Shown here piece by piece: positions 47,491 through 56,718 of a DNA stretch of 64,000 bases; positions within the stretch are counted from its first letter, which is position 1, and every line of letters begins with the position of its first letter. The position numbers and the translations under genes are program-made. Under the pieces are notes generated by a model, which was given only the letters and a program-made list of their open reading frames with translations, made no database searches and was not told the DNA's origin. Source of the stretch: Candidatus Bathyarchaeota archaeon (GTDB lineage Archaea; Thermoproteota; Bathyarchaeia; 40CM-2-53-6); NCBI GenBank assembly GCA_963733055.1, contig CAVTBR010000001.1, forward strand, positions 1,184,001 through 1,248,000, given 5' to 3'.

Positions 47491-49863
47491 TCAGCTAAGC
47501 TTTCTTCTCGCAAATATCACGGCCGAGAGCACAACAACCGTCGAGATTACAATCACTTCAGAGAACGTTTGCTCTGAAATGGTTAGAGTGTAGACTGCGG
47601 TTATCGACTTCGGGCCATCCATCAAAATCACATTTGAGTGGGTAGCGCCGTTACTTGTAGCCCAGTAGCTTAGAACGTACGCCGAACCTAGATAACCCGG
47701 GAAGCCGGGAGCGGGCACAAGTTCGGGTGCGGATACCGTCGCGTTGCTGTTTGCGGCGTACCATCCGCTGCCGCTGGTCGGACCGAAACGGGAGTTGACT
47801 GTTAGCAAGTATTGTGGGTTGTAATTGATTATTATCAGAGGATTCGTTGTGCCGGTGGAGCTTGCATTCTGATATACATAGCGAGTATCAGGGCCTGCTT
47901 GGATTTGGTGGTCGAAAGAGACACTCGAAGTCGACCCTTTGAGATAGTAGACATCAGCCCACGATCCTCCCGACACTTGCATGATTTCATTACCATTCAG
48001 TCGGACGGGGACCTGGAGCGCAGATGGGAGTCCAATGATCACCAGGGTCTGTCTGAAGAAGCCCGTTGCGGTTCTTGCGTCTAGTATTCCGAAACCCCAG
48101 ATTGCGGAACCATCCGTAACCGTACCGGTGTTCGCATCTAGCCGCGCTGTTTCACGCAGCATGCCCGGAATATCGGTTGCTTGAAGGTTCGGCGAGTATT
48201 GGAGCATCAGAGCGATGGCGCCGGCCACGTGTGGGGTAGACATGCTGGTGCCCGCCAGAATTCTGTGGTACCGGTCGGGGTCACTCTGAGTTTGGGGTAC
48301 GAGGCTTGACCTTGCCGAGGCTATTACTTCGCCTGGAGCAACGATGTCGGGTTTCGTCCGGCCGTCCCTGGTTGGGCCGAGAGAGCTGAAAGACGAAATT
48401 CCTCCTATGGGAATATCCGTTCTGCCGTAGGTGTTTCCGTCCATTCCAATCCACGAAGTCTTTGTGACGTATGAGCCAACGGTTACAACGTCCCTGGCTG
48501 TGGCAGGTATACCTATAGTATCCTGAGAATCAATCACATATCCATCCCCCGGCAAGAAGACGGACCCCGGAAAAGTGCATGTTGCGGAATCGGTCCACGT
48601 GTTCCAGAATCCTTGAGAGTGAACTTGGTCCCCTACCAAACTCACTCCCCAACCATCAAGTGGTAGGGGGTTGGTCGAGTTAACCTCGATATAGAGTTCG
48701 TTGCCGTTAGGGAAGGAAGTTGCGGTTGTGTTGAGTTGGCCGAAGCCGGTAACTATTCCTCCAGGTACGGTGAGCACCGGGTAAGACCTGCCGTCGGGTG
48801 TGTGTACCGTCGCGGAAATCTGATCTTGTGAGGAGTACCAGATATCTACAGCTACGTCGACGGTTGTTTGCTTAAACTCAAGTTGGAAGGTGGTGTTTTG
48901 GCCTTGGGATATTTGTCCGTCGATGTGGTCTTGATCTTCCGCCGCGTTGCCGGCGGCGACAACGATGGGCGTGCCAGCCTTTACGAAAGCGTCGAGGGCA
49001 CGTTCGAATGGGTCGGTGCCGTCGTGGGCGCCAATGTTGCCGCCTAGGCTGAGGCTGACTACCAATCGCATCTTAAGTGATGCTGCTTTCCTGACCATGT
49101 AATTTATGCCGTCGAGAATTTGGTTTGTGTTGAAGGTCCAACTTTCGCCATTACAAACTTCATAGCCGCTCTTGACGAAAATTATGTTAGCGCCCGGCGC
49201 GACGCCGGTGTAATTACCGGTCGCCATACCCGAGCTGGCTGCGATTCCGGCCACGTGTGTTCCATGTCCAAACGTGTCCTTCTCGGGGCATGTTTTCGTT
49301 TGTATGTCCGTCGCTGTGCACTCGTAGCCGTAATTGAATCCTGAAGGCGCGCGGCCGGTCGTGGTCTGATCCCATACGTATAGGATCTTGGTCGTGCCGT
49401 TGGGGAAAGTGAAATCGGGGTGGGCCGTGTCGATTCCAGTGTCCACAAACCCAACGATCACACCCGCCCCGGTCACGTTCTTTCCGAAAGGATCCTTTAC
49501 CTCGTCCCAAACTTGCGGAGCACCGACGTCGGGTACGCTCTTGTCGAGTTGAACGCTGAGAGGGTACGATTTCTCGATACGGATTATGAATGGAAGTCGG
49601 GCCATCTCAGCTAACGCCGGCGAGTTGATTTGCATAACGGCCACTGGGCCGGCTACGGTTGTGACCGTGCCGTAGCTTTCAAGAAGTTGAATATCCACGG
49701 GGGAGAGGTCGAGTTGGCTCTCCACCAGTACAGAAAAATGGCTAGCCAGCGGCATTGAGCCCTGGATGATTATTGGAGCCTGGTGTGAGGGAGTTAGAGG
49801 GATCATTCCCCCAAGAATGATCAGAAAAGCCATTGAGGCAAGGATTATTGCTTTCTTGTTCAC
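47491..49863 (-). CDS. secreted S8 subtilase (CspA-like) with C-terminal membrane anchor
   Basis: Signal peptide; triad DTG / HGTHVAG / GTSM; KILYVWDQT; KPDIVAPG; TM plus RRK tail. Confidence 0.92.
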   Translation of the reverse strand: MNKKAIILASMAFLIILGGMIPLTPSHQAPIIIQGSMPLASHFSVLVESQLDLSPVDIQLLESYGTVTTVAGPVAVMQINSPALAEMARLPFIIRIEKSYPLSVQLDKSVPDVGAPQVWDEVKDPFGKNVTGAGVIVGFVDTGIDTAHPDFTFPNGTTKILYVWDQTTTGRAPSGFNYGYECTATDIQTKTCPEKDTFGHGTHVAGIAASSGMATGNYTGVAPGANIIFVKSGYEVCNGESWTFNTNQILDGINYMVRKAASLKMRLVVSLSLGGNIGAHDGTDPFERALDAFVKAGTPIVVAAGNAAEDQDHIDGQISQGQNTTFQLEFKQTTVDVAVDIWYSSQDQISATVHTPDGRSYPVLTVPGGIVTGFGQLNTTATSFPNGNELYIEVNSTNPLPLDGWGVSLVGDQVHSQGFWNTWTDSATCTFPGSVFLPGDGYVIDSQDTIGIPATARDVVTVGSYVTKTSWIGMDGNTYGRTDIPIGGISSFSSLGPTRDGRTKPDIVAPGEVIASARSSLVPQTQSDPDRYHRILAGTSMSTPHVAGAIALMLQYSPNLQATDIPGMLRETARLDANTGTVTDGSAIWGFGILDARTATGFFRQTLVIIGLPSALQVPVRLNGNEIMQVSGGSWADVYYLKGSTSSVSFDHQIQAGPDTRYVYQNASSTGTTNPLIIINYNPQYLLTVNSRFGPTSGSGWYAANSNATVSAPELVPAPGFPGYLGSAYVLSYWATSNGATHSNVILMDGPKSITAVYTLTISEQTFSEVIVISTVVVLSAVIFARRKLS

Positions 49864-49866
49864 TGA

Positions 49867-50952
49867 CTAATCCCTGTTCTTCCGGGGCTGTTCGCGAGTA
49901 GGCTTGTTTCGGTCTCGACGCATTAGGAATTGTGCCTTCCTTCGGTAGTAGGATAGAGGATGGGTTATGTTTGCGCAGAGTTCGTCGGGGTTGACGCATA
50001 CGCCGTGGGTTCGCATCGTCGCGCAGTTAGGGGCTGTGTATTTTCTTCTTGAACCGCGTTTACCGGCAATGTGCTCGACCTGGTAGCGTGCTATGCGTTC
50101 ATCGAAATCGCTGAACGCTTTGAACATTTTGAGTAGATCCTCCTCGTTGGTTCCTATGTTGAGAAGGAACGCGGCCATAGCGAATCGTCCCATGTGCGAT
50201 ATGTGCTTGCTAGTCTGGAGAAGGCTGAGCAGGTTTCTCATGCAGGGTGGCATCGCCGAAGCCATAACCGCATGAGGCATTTCATCCGCCGCCAAATGTT
50301 GAGATCGAGCCTTTAGCATAGAACGGAGGGGTTCGACTCGTCGCGCAAGCTCGTCCGGCAGAGCCACCGTCGCATCGGCGGTCTTCTCCAGAACTCGCCC
50401 CTGTACTTCCTCTTCGAGGAGCCTAGCGAAATCTTCGCGAGGCAGAAGAACGTACCCTTCCGTCAAGACCCTGTTGACTAGTTTCCATCTCAAATCGTGA
50501 ATTCTAGCGGAATTTCGTACGTAGAACTTAAAGTGCAGCGCAAACTCGAAATGTGTCTCTCCCACATCCCTTTCAACGAGTTTCGCGTCCCAACCGAATG
50601 AACCCGTAGCTATCTGAAGCAATTTTTCGGGGGATTCATACCTGAGTAGCTCGTATGCCCGCTTAGCCTCGGCGAGCGCAAATCGCCGTCGAGTTCTATC
50701 GTCCCCTACCGAACTGATCAGCATTAGGGCGGTTGGGTACGCGAGGATGTCAACATCCTCTTGAGTGAGGTCCGCTGATATCCTTCCGCCGAACACCCCC
50801 TGCCTAATCCGTTCCATGGCGCGTTCAAGAATCGGGACCAGTTCCGGCCGAGTCAACTCTATCGGGTCGATGTTTCGGGACCTTATGTAACTCGACGCCT
50901 CTGACGTAAACGGGAACTTTGCAAGGTCAAGCTTCGTCAGAAGAGTCTGCAA
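49867..50952 (-). CDS. priL: DNA primase large subunit
   Basis: LAKFPF, RRFALAEAK, WKLVNR, PPCM, YQVEHIAG, YTAPNCATMRTHGVC (Fe-S ligands). Confidence 0.95.
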   Translation of the reverse strand: MQTLLTKLDLAKFPFTSEASSYIRSRNIDPIELTRPELVPILERAMERIRQGVFGGRISADLTQEDVDILAYPTALMLISSVGDDRTRRRFALAEAKRAYELLRYESPEKLLQIATGSFGWDAKLVERDVGETHFEFALHFKFYVRNSARIHDLRWKLVNRVLTEGYVLLPREDFARLLEEEVQGRVLEKTADATVALPDELARRVEPLRSMLKARSQHLAADEMPHAVMASAMPPCMRNLLSLLQTSKHISHMGRFAMAAFLLNIGTNEEDLLKMFKAFSDFDERIARYQVEHIAGKRGSRRKYTAPNCATMRTHGVCVNPDELCANITHPLSYYRRKAQFLMRRDRNKPTREQPRKNRD

Positions 50953-51015
50953 GCTAACCGCCCCTACGTAATGGAAGGTGGATGAAAGAGTTCTTGCATT
51001 CGGGCGTTTACGCGT

Positions 51016-51768
51016 CTACTCCGCTTCAATCCTTGGCGCGAGGAAGTAGAGCAACTTACCCTGCTGGGGCATTTCATACTCCAATCTTACCGGCATATTT
51101 GATGAGAACTCAAGCGTCACGAGTTCCGCCGCCGATGATCCGGCTTTCGATATTTCCGCGAGGTAATTGAGGTTGAACGTTGCCTTACAAGGTTCCTTAA
51201 CCTCAAGCTCCAAAAGAACATCGCTACCCTTCTCTAATTCGATCTTCGCGCCGCTCAGTTCCGTAACGGCTTCGGCGATGAATTTCTCCGGAGTGCTTTC
51301 AAACCTGACGTTGTCGCTGACGGTTTGAATTTGGTCGATTATGTCCTTGAAGCTTGAGCTAATCATCTTAATCTTCGTGTTGAAAGCTATCTTCGGGGTC
51401 GGGACCTCCTCGTCGCCCGGATCGAGGGTAGGCAGGGTGAATGTGGTCTTCCACTTACCCTTGATCACCATACTCAGTTTGCGAGTCGTTTCATCGTAGG
51501 ACATTTCAAGTGGTTCTTGGCCCGCGCCCCTAAGTTTCTTGACTATGTCAGTTACGTTGAGCCTAATCTTCGTGGGTTGAAGGCAAGTATACTCTTCAAA
51601 CGCTGATTTGTTCCATTCGAAGTCAACCATCGCGACATGGGATGGGTCCATGGATCGCAGCTTGATGCCTTCGGGTGAAGCGTTAACGTCCGCTTCTTCG
51701 ATCAACGTTGATACGGCAGCAAGCATGTTCCTCCAGAGCCTAGCATCACTAATCGTTGCCTTGAACAA
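51016..51768 (-). CDS. pcn: DNA polymerase sliding clamp PCNA
   Basis: MDPSHVAM, FNLNYL, FLAPRIE. Confidence 0.97.
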   Translation of the reverse strand: MFKATISDARLWRNMLAAVSTLIEEADVNASPEGIKLRSMDPSHVAMVDFEWNKSAFEEYTCLQPTKIRLNVTDIVKKLRGAGQEPLEMSYDETTRKLSMVIKGKWKTTFTLPTLDPGDEEVPTPKIAFNTKIKMISSSFKDIIDQIQTVSDNVRFESTPEKFIAEAVTELSGAKIELEKGSDVLLELEVKEPCKATFNLNYLAEISKAGSSAAELVTLEFSSNMPVRLEYEMPQQGKLLYFLAPRIEAE

Positions 51769-52013
51769 TCATTAATCACCAAATATTCAGCAGTCTCCTA
51801 GTGACTCAACCCTAGGCATTTAAGAGACTTGTTTTTGATAGTTGGGGAACTTGACCTAAAGATCGTTTTCCAATAGCCAGGCAGGCATTGCCGGGCCGGA
51901 GAGGCAATAGAATTTTCTCCAGGGTAAAAGCTATAACTTAATCGCCGTTCAAGAATTCCGCTGCGCTACAACTCAAGTTCTTAGGTCAAGAAAACTCGCG
52001 CGATGGAAATCAC

Positions 52014-53738
52014 ATGCCCAGCTCAAGGAATTGCAAACCTTCACGTCTCCGGATACAAACCGCGCTCCTCATTCTATTCATCTGCTTGTTTAGTTGCATC
52101 GTTCAACTTCCCAGTGGGGTCCGAGGAACGCATACTGCTGATTCAGCGTTCGCTGTTCCAGTTAAGATCGAAACCTACGGTAACGCATGGGATGGTTATC
52201 TTGCGTTTGGACTATGGGACTTTCCATACAGCTCGACAAATTTCTCCCTCACCCCATCTAGCTACCTCGTAGTGATGACGACAAAGGGGCAGTTGCTTGA
52301 TCTCCGAACGACCCCGGCTAATACTAATCCAGCGACTTCGATCCCAGGGTTTGCAGGGGTAACCAACCCCATCTACGCGCCCATCAAATACATGGGTAAC
52401 GATTTGCTGATGTTCCAAGGAGAACCAGATACAGCCACACACTTTTGGAATCTGAAGACAAATCTGACAGCTGATTTTCCGAATGTCTATGGTCACCATG
52501 ACATGATTTACAATCCGAACACTCGAACCTTTCTCACTTTGACAAGCTATGTGAGACAGATTGATGGCAGGAACGTGTTGATGGATGCCGTCGTCGAACT
52601 CGATAGGATGGGTACCCCAGTCTGGAGCTGGGACACGTATGCGAACGGACATTTCAGCCTGAAAGATGAGTGCCTCTGTAACGCCACAACGGTAGTTAAC
52701 GGTCAGACCGTGATCGATCTGACACATGCAAACAGCCTCCAGTGGAATTTCCAAACTAACATGATTTACATGAACATGCGAGCTCTCGACACGTTCTGCA
52801 AGATCAACAAGACAACTGATCAAACCGTATGGTGTTTGGGGAGACGCGGGAATTTCACTCTGCTAGGGTCGGATGGGAAACAGGTTCCGAGCTTATGGTA
52901 CCACGCCCACGATCTTCGAGAAGTACAACCAAACGTCTTCACAATGTTCGACGATGACTACGACAACACAACCAACGCCACTAACCCCTGCCCCGCGACC
53001 TTCGAAGAAACCAACGCTCACAGCAGGATGCTGCAAATTACAGCGAATGAAAACAACGAGACCGCATGGGCAAGCTGGAGCTGGACAGCGCCCAGGGAGG
53101 ATTGGACTCCCTACTGGGGATCAGTTGATAGATTGCCAAATGGAGACTGGTTCGGCGACTTTGGCTCGCAAAGTCACTACCTGCCTGGAAGCGGAATAGG
53201 TTCCCCGCTTTCGAACAGCACGGGTGCGGTGTTGGTCGAGGTGAACCCGAAAGGGGAAGTGGTCAGAACCTACACATTTGCCTACGGTTGGGGAATCTAC
53301 CGAGTCGTACCCATAGCCCTGCAAACAATCAATGACTACGAAGGAACCGTGCGCACGAATGCTTTCTCCATTAACCTCACTACACTCAATGACCTCGGAG
53401 GACCAACCAGCATCTACTACAGAATCAACAATGGGTCAACGAGATCCGTTGCCGCGGATGGACAGCCTTACATCACCACTCAGGGGAGCAATAATACGTT
53501 GGAGTATTGGAGTGTTGACAGCAACGGGATCGAAGAGTTGCCGCACAAGATACTAGCTGGAATAGGACTTGAGAATAGCGGTGGTTCTCCCACTCCGACG
53601 AGCGAGTTAACGCAATCGAATCTACTGCATCCCGCTTCAGGTTTCTCCACGAACGTAATAGTTGCGGTCAGCGTTGTGGTCGGAATCATAATCGCGGTAT
53701 CATATGTAGCGCTAATGGTAAGAAAACGAAGGAGATGA
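52014..53738 (+). CDS. arylsulfate sulfotransferase (ASST)-like secreted protein with C-terminal TM anchor
   Basis: HHD, DLTHANSL, YHAHD, VDRLPNGD, IYR motifs; signal-like N-terminus; TM plus RKRRR. Confidence 0.8.
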   Translation: MPSSRNCKPSRLRIQTALLILFICLFSCIVQLPSGVRGTHTADSAFAVPVKIETYGNAWDGYLAFGLWDFPYSSTNFSLTPSSYLVVMTTKGQLLDLRTTPANTNPATSIPGFAGVTNPIYAPIKYMGNDLLMFQGEPDTATHFWNLKTNLTADFPNVYGHHDMIYNPNTRTFLTLTSYVRQIDGRNVLMDAVVELDRMGTPVWSWDTYANGHFSLKDECLCNATTVVNGQTVIDLTHANSLQWNFQTNMIYMNMRALDTFCKINKTTDQTVWCLGRRGNFTLLGSDGKQVPSLWYHAHDLREVQPNVFTMFDDDYDNTTNATNPCPATFEETNAHSRMLQITANENNETAWASWSWTAPREDWTPYWGSVDRLPNGDWFGDFGSQSHYLPGSGIGSPLSNSTGAVLVEVNPKGEVVRTYTFAYGWGIYRVVPIALQTINDYEGTVRTNAFSINLTTLNDLGGPTSIYYRINNGSTRSVAADGQPYITTQGSNNTLEYWSVDSNGIEELPHKILAGIGLENSGGSPTPTSELTQSNLLHPASGFSTNVIVAVSVVVGIIIAVSYVALMVRKRRR

Positions 53739-53834
53739 AATCGAACCAGGAACACACTCGTGTCTAGAATGGTGCGAGACCTGAGGCGGGGCTTCCAACT
53801 AGCAATTGCCTAGCAAGCGTTACTACTACGCGGT

Positions 53835-54158
53835 CTAGGAATTTTCTCGCCAGGTAGATCCACAACTTGCACATCGGAAAAACTGCGTTGACGACTCATC
53901 CGCACCACGGGTTTGGACCAACCAGTAGAATGCTTCCTTATGCCCACACTTTGGACAGTCAACCTTCGTCTTCGGCAAGGTTCGAATCTTCTGCTCCTCC
54001 TTGCCGATCACCACTACGTTCTCTTTCTGCTGTTCAAGTTTCTGCACAGTGCGGTCTGAGCGCTTAGTTTCGTAACCACATTTCGGACAGCTGAGCACCA
54101 CCGTCTTCTGCTTCTTAGTGGGCAGAAGCGCGAGGCCGCACTTTGGGCAAAACTGCAC
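53835..54158 (-). CDS. tfs: transcription factor S
   Basis: FCPKCG, CPKCGH, QTRGADE, FFRCASCG. Confidence 0.95.
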   Translation of the reverse strand: MQFCPKCGLALLPTKKQKTVVLSCPKCGYETKRSDRTVQKLEQQKENVVVIGKEEQKIRTLPKTKVDCPKCGHKEAFYWLVQTRGADESSTQFFRCASCGSTWRENS

Positions 54159-54348
54159 CTTTGATAACGACCGCGAGCAAAATCAATACGAGTTCCATTT
54201 AAGCGTTACTTGCTTTTCGACTCGTAATTCAAGAAATCGCGTCTTTCGTGTCATCCTGAGTCTTTCGTGCCGCCTCTCATCTGCACTTAACGTTGAGGTG
54301 GCGGGACAGGAGACCAGTGAGGGTTGTGAACGAAATGTTCTGCGAGTG

Positions 54349-54717
54349 CTAGTGGGGTGTTAGCCGTCGAATCTTGGGTTCGATTTCTTTGAAAACTGCA
54401 CCAGCGTCGTCCCTGTCCGCAGAGATCGCTAGATACCCGCCCCGAAGCGGGGCTAAGAGCACGGCGTCTTTCTCCATATTTACGATCAGACTCTGCACCT
54501 TCCCCGCGCCGCCGGTCGGGGACAGTCGTTCAGCGATCCCGGTCATTAACTGCGGCCCGAACTCCATGAACGCCCTATCATCTTCTTCAGGCGTATAGCT
54601 GGTAAGGCCAGGCCGCATTTGAGAAAATGCGATTCTGCCGGACTCGGTGGAGAATGACGCCCACCTGATCTTTGCGTGCAGTTGAAAAATTTCCTCAGGA
54701 GATATGAGTTCAGTCAA
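54349..54717 (-). CDS. roadblock/profilin-like small protein (DUF6659-like)
   Basis: IRWASF...GRI...MRPGLTS...GKVQSLIVNMEK pattern; low-confidence recall. Confidence 0.5.
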   Translation of the reverse strand: MTELISPEEIFQLHAKIRWASFSTESGRIAFSQMRPGLTSYTPEEDDRAFMEFGPQLMTGIAERLSPTGGAGKVQSLIVNMEKDAVLLAPLRGGYLAISADRDDAGAVFKEIEPKIRRLTPH

Positions 54718-54746
54718 AAATCCTCAAACATCTCTTCAGATATCGA

Positions 54747-55331
54747 TCATCTGTGCGAATTTATGAGTTTTGAGCGAGTATAGTTTTTGGTAATCTTAAC
54801 CTTTTGCTGTCGGTTGAGGAACTTACTCCTTGAAACTTGTTGAACCAACAAATCTGCTACCCTAACCGCTTCCGGTATCCAGCTAGTGGGAGTGCAACCT
54901 ACATTGAACACTTGTTCCACGTCTTTTCCAGTTATATGAACTGCTACCACGGAAACATGACGTCCATTCACGATGATATCATAACGCTTTGGGCCACGAG
55001 AATCCACCGCGTTTCTCGGCGCCTTCGAGTCGCGTCGGTTCATGATGGCGATGACTGGAAGATTGACCAGTCGAGCCAAATCAGTTAAGTTTGTCTTCAA
55101 GCCGGGAACAGGTTCTTTTTTCACGATTATAGCATGAAGCTGTGAATACTGTTTCGATCCCTTGATCGCTTCGGATAACCTGGAATCCTGGTTTGTCGCA
55201 TTCATTTCCAGGGAGCAGCTGATTACTCCATCCAACCACAGGGCGCCCCTGAAGACTACACCCACCACCAATATCGAGCGGCCCTTTCGGTGGACGCTCA
55301 AGCCCAGAATTCTAGCTTCTCTCTTAAGCAA
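54747..55331 (-). CDS. DUF99 family protein (endonuclease V-like fold), degenerate
   Basis: RILGL...VGVVFRGALWLDGV...LPVIAI...IPEAVRVA. Confidence 0.8.
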   Translation of the reverse strand: MLKREARILGLSVHRKGRSILVVGVVFRGALWLDGVISCSLEMNATNQDSRLSEAIKGSKQYSQLHAIIVKKEPVPGLKTNLTDLARLVNLPVIAIMNRRDSKAPRNAVDSRGPKRYDIIVNGRHVSVVAVHITGKDVEQVFNVGCTPTSWIPEAVRVADLLVQQVSRSKFLNRQQKVKITKNYTRSKLINSHR

Positions 55332-55341
55332 ACTCTAACCG

Positions 55342-55710
55342 CTACGCCCCCGGAAGACGCTCCGCCGCTAGTTTCAGCAGCTCGGATAATCCCGCTTGAG
55401 GCCCATCTGGGTTCTGGGTTAGTACGCGCACGCTTTCTTCGATCGTTAGTAGTTGTCTTCGGTAAGCTTCCATAAGCAGCGATTCGGAAGCGTTTGCAAG
55501 GTCCTTCTTAGACAATCGCGTTCCTAGATATTGCCTCAGCCCAGCTAGCTTGAACGCTTCGGATAGGATCTTGTCGCTGACCTTAACACCCTTTGGATGC
55601 CCGTTGATCTGTGTAAGAGCGAGAGAGTAAACGAAATTAACGAAGGCATCTCCTAAGCTCGCAAGCTGCCGATCGCGCACGGCACGTTGGATTGTTTCTA
55701 CGTTACCCAT
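55342..55710 (-). CDS. archaeal ribonuclease III-like (mini-III) protein
   Basis: LASLGDAFVNFVYSLAL, VSDKILSEA, LANASESLL. Confidence 0.8.
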   Translation of the reverse strand: MGNVETIQRAVRDRQLASLGDAFVNFVYSLALTQINGHPKGVKVSDKILSEAFKLAGLRQYLGTRLSKKDLANASESLLMEAYRRQLLTIEESVRVLTQNPDGPQAGLSELLKLAAERLPGA

Positions 55711-55994
55711 CAGGCAGGCTCGACAGCCTTAGCGAACTTTTCGTTGAATTCCTTGTTGAGTTCCTGCACGTTCTCAAGTGCGTTTAACAGAGTCTTCTCG
55801 GGTGACACTTCACGTTTCGTTCTTACGTAAATGATGCTCGAACGAATGAGTGGGTGCGGTTGATCGTAGCCGGCCAGCTCAACGTTCTTGTCCTCTAGCA
55901 GAACATTTTGCAGTAGATTGCAGAATGTGTGGTCTTCACCGACTATCTCGAGCCTAAGCTCATTTTTCGACTTCGCTAGAACCTTAACTTCCAC
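55710..55994 (-). CDS. rpoL: DNA-directed RNA polymerase subunit L (Rpo11)
   Basis: GEDHTFCNLL, AGYDQPHPL. Confidence 0.96.
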   Translation of the reverse strand: MEVKVLAKSKNELRLEIVGEDHTFCNLLQNVLLEDKNVELAGYDQPHPLIRSSIIYVRTKREVSPEKTLLNALENVQELNKEFNEKFAKAVEPA

Positions 55995-56580
55995 TTCTCT
56001 CCACCTCTCCCTCTGGTCTCATTAGATCATCCGCAAGTCTTCTCCTTTCAATGTTTCCACACGAGGGGCACTGTAATCTTCGGTTCGTAAACTCCAGTAC
56101 ACTACCACAGCTTGAACAGAACGCTTTGATTACCCCTAACCCGCGCCCCGCTGTTGTCAGCTGTGGGACGCGGTTGGTCATGTCTATTACTCGAGTGCGA
56201 AGGATGTCTCCAGCCTTACAAACATCTGACATGCTTCGTTCATAGCGTGGACTGGAGGAGGAGATGTGAAGTAGGGCTGTGAATGGAGGTTGGACGGCCT
56301 TATCGTCAATCTTCCAGATGTTTACGGTAGCCATCTTCTCTTGCGTATGAATGACGGAGGCTATGACTGTTGTTCCTTCCTTCGGAAGTAGGACCGTCCT
56401 TGTTGCTGGGACGACTGTGACTCGTTTGTTCTTCAGGTCGATTCGCGCGTTACCAGTGTAGTTTGCGTATATCGTGCCCTCGGTTTCGTATGTCCCAGCG
56501 CCGGGCAGAAATTGTTCTATGACACCTATTTTATCGCCCGGTAGTACGGGCTGAACCATCTCATTTTGTGGCTTACTCAA
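55984..56580 (-). CDS. csl4: exosome RNA-binding protein Csl4
   Basis: VLPGDKIG...EQFLPGAGTY, S1 domain, LGVIKAFCSSCG...CPSCGNIERRR. Confidence 0.94.
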   Translation of the reverse strand: MSKPQNEMVQPVLPGDKIGVIEQFLPGAGTYETEGTIYANYTGNARIDLKNKRVTVVPATRTVLLPKEGTTVIASVIHTQEKMATVNIWKIDDKAVQPPFTALLHISSSSPRYERSMSDVCKAGDILRTRVIDMTNRVPQLTTAGRGLGVIKAFCSSCGSVLEFTNRRLQCPSCGNIERRRLADDLMRPEGEVERSGS

Positions 56581-56692
56581 ACCTCATTACCCTTTACCAG
56601 GCAATCCCCCCTCGAATTATCACACGCCGACTGGATGTCGGGTGAGCTGAGTTGGTGATTGCGCAGATTCGCGTTCGTTAGCTGCGGCCCGC

Positions 56693-56700
56693 TATATAAG
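56693..56700 (-). promoter_or_regulatory. TATA box upstream of the csl4-rpoL operon
   Basis: CTTATATA on the - strand, about 115 nt upstream of the csl4 TTG. Confidence 0.55.
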
Positions 56701-56718
56701 CGCGGATTCAAATTTCCG

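Noticed and set aside
53975-53992. GGTTCGAATC tRNA T-loop-like sequence
   Set aside because: Lies inside the tfs coding region with no cloverleaf
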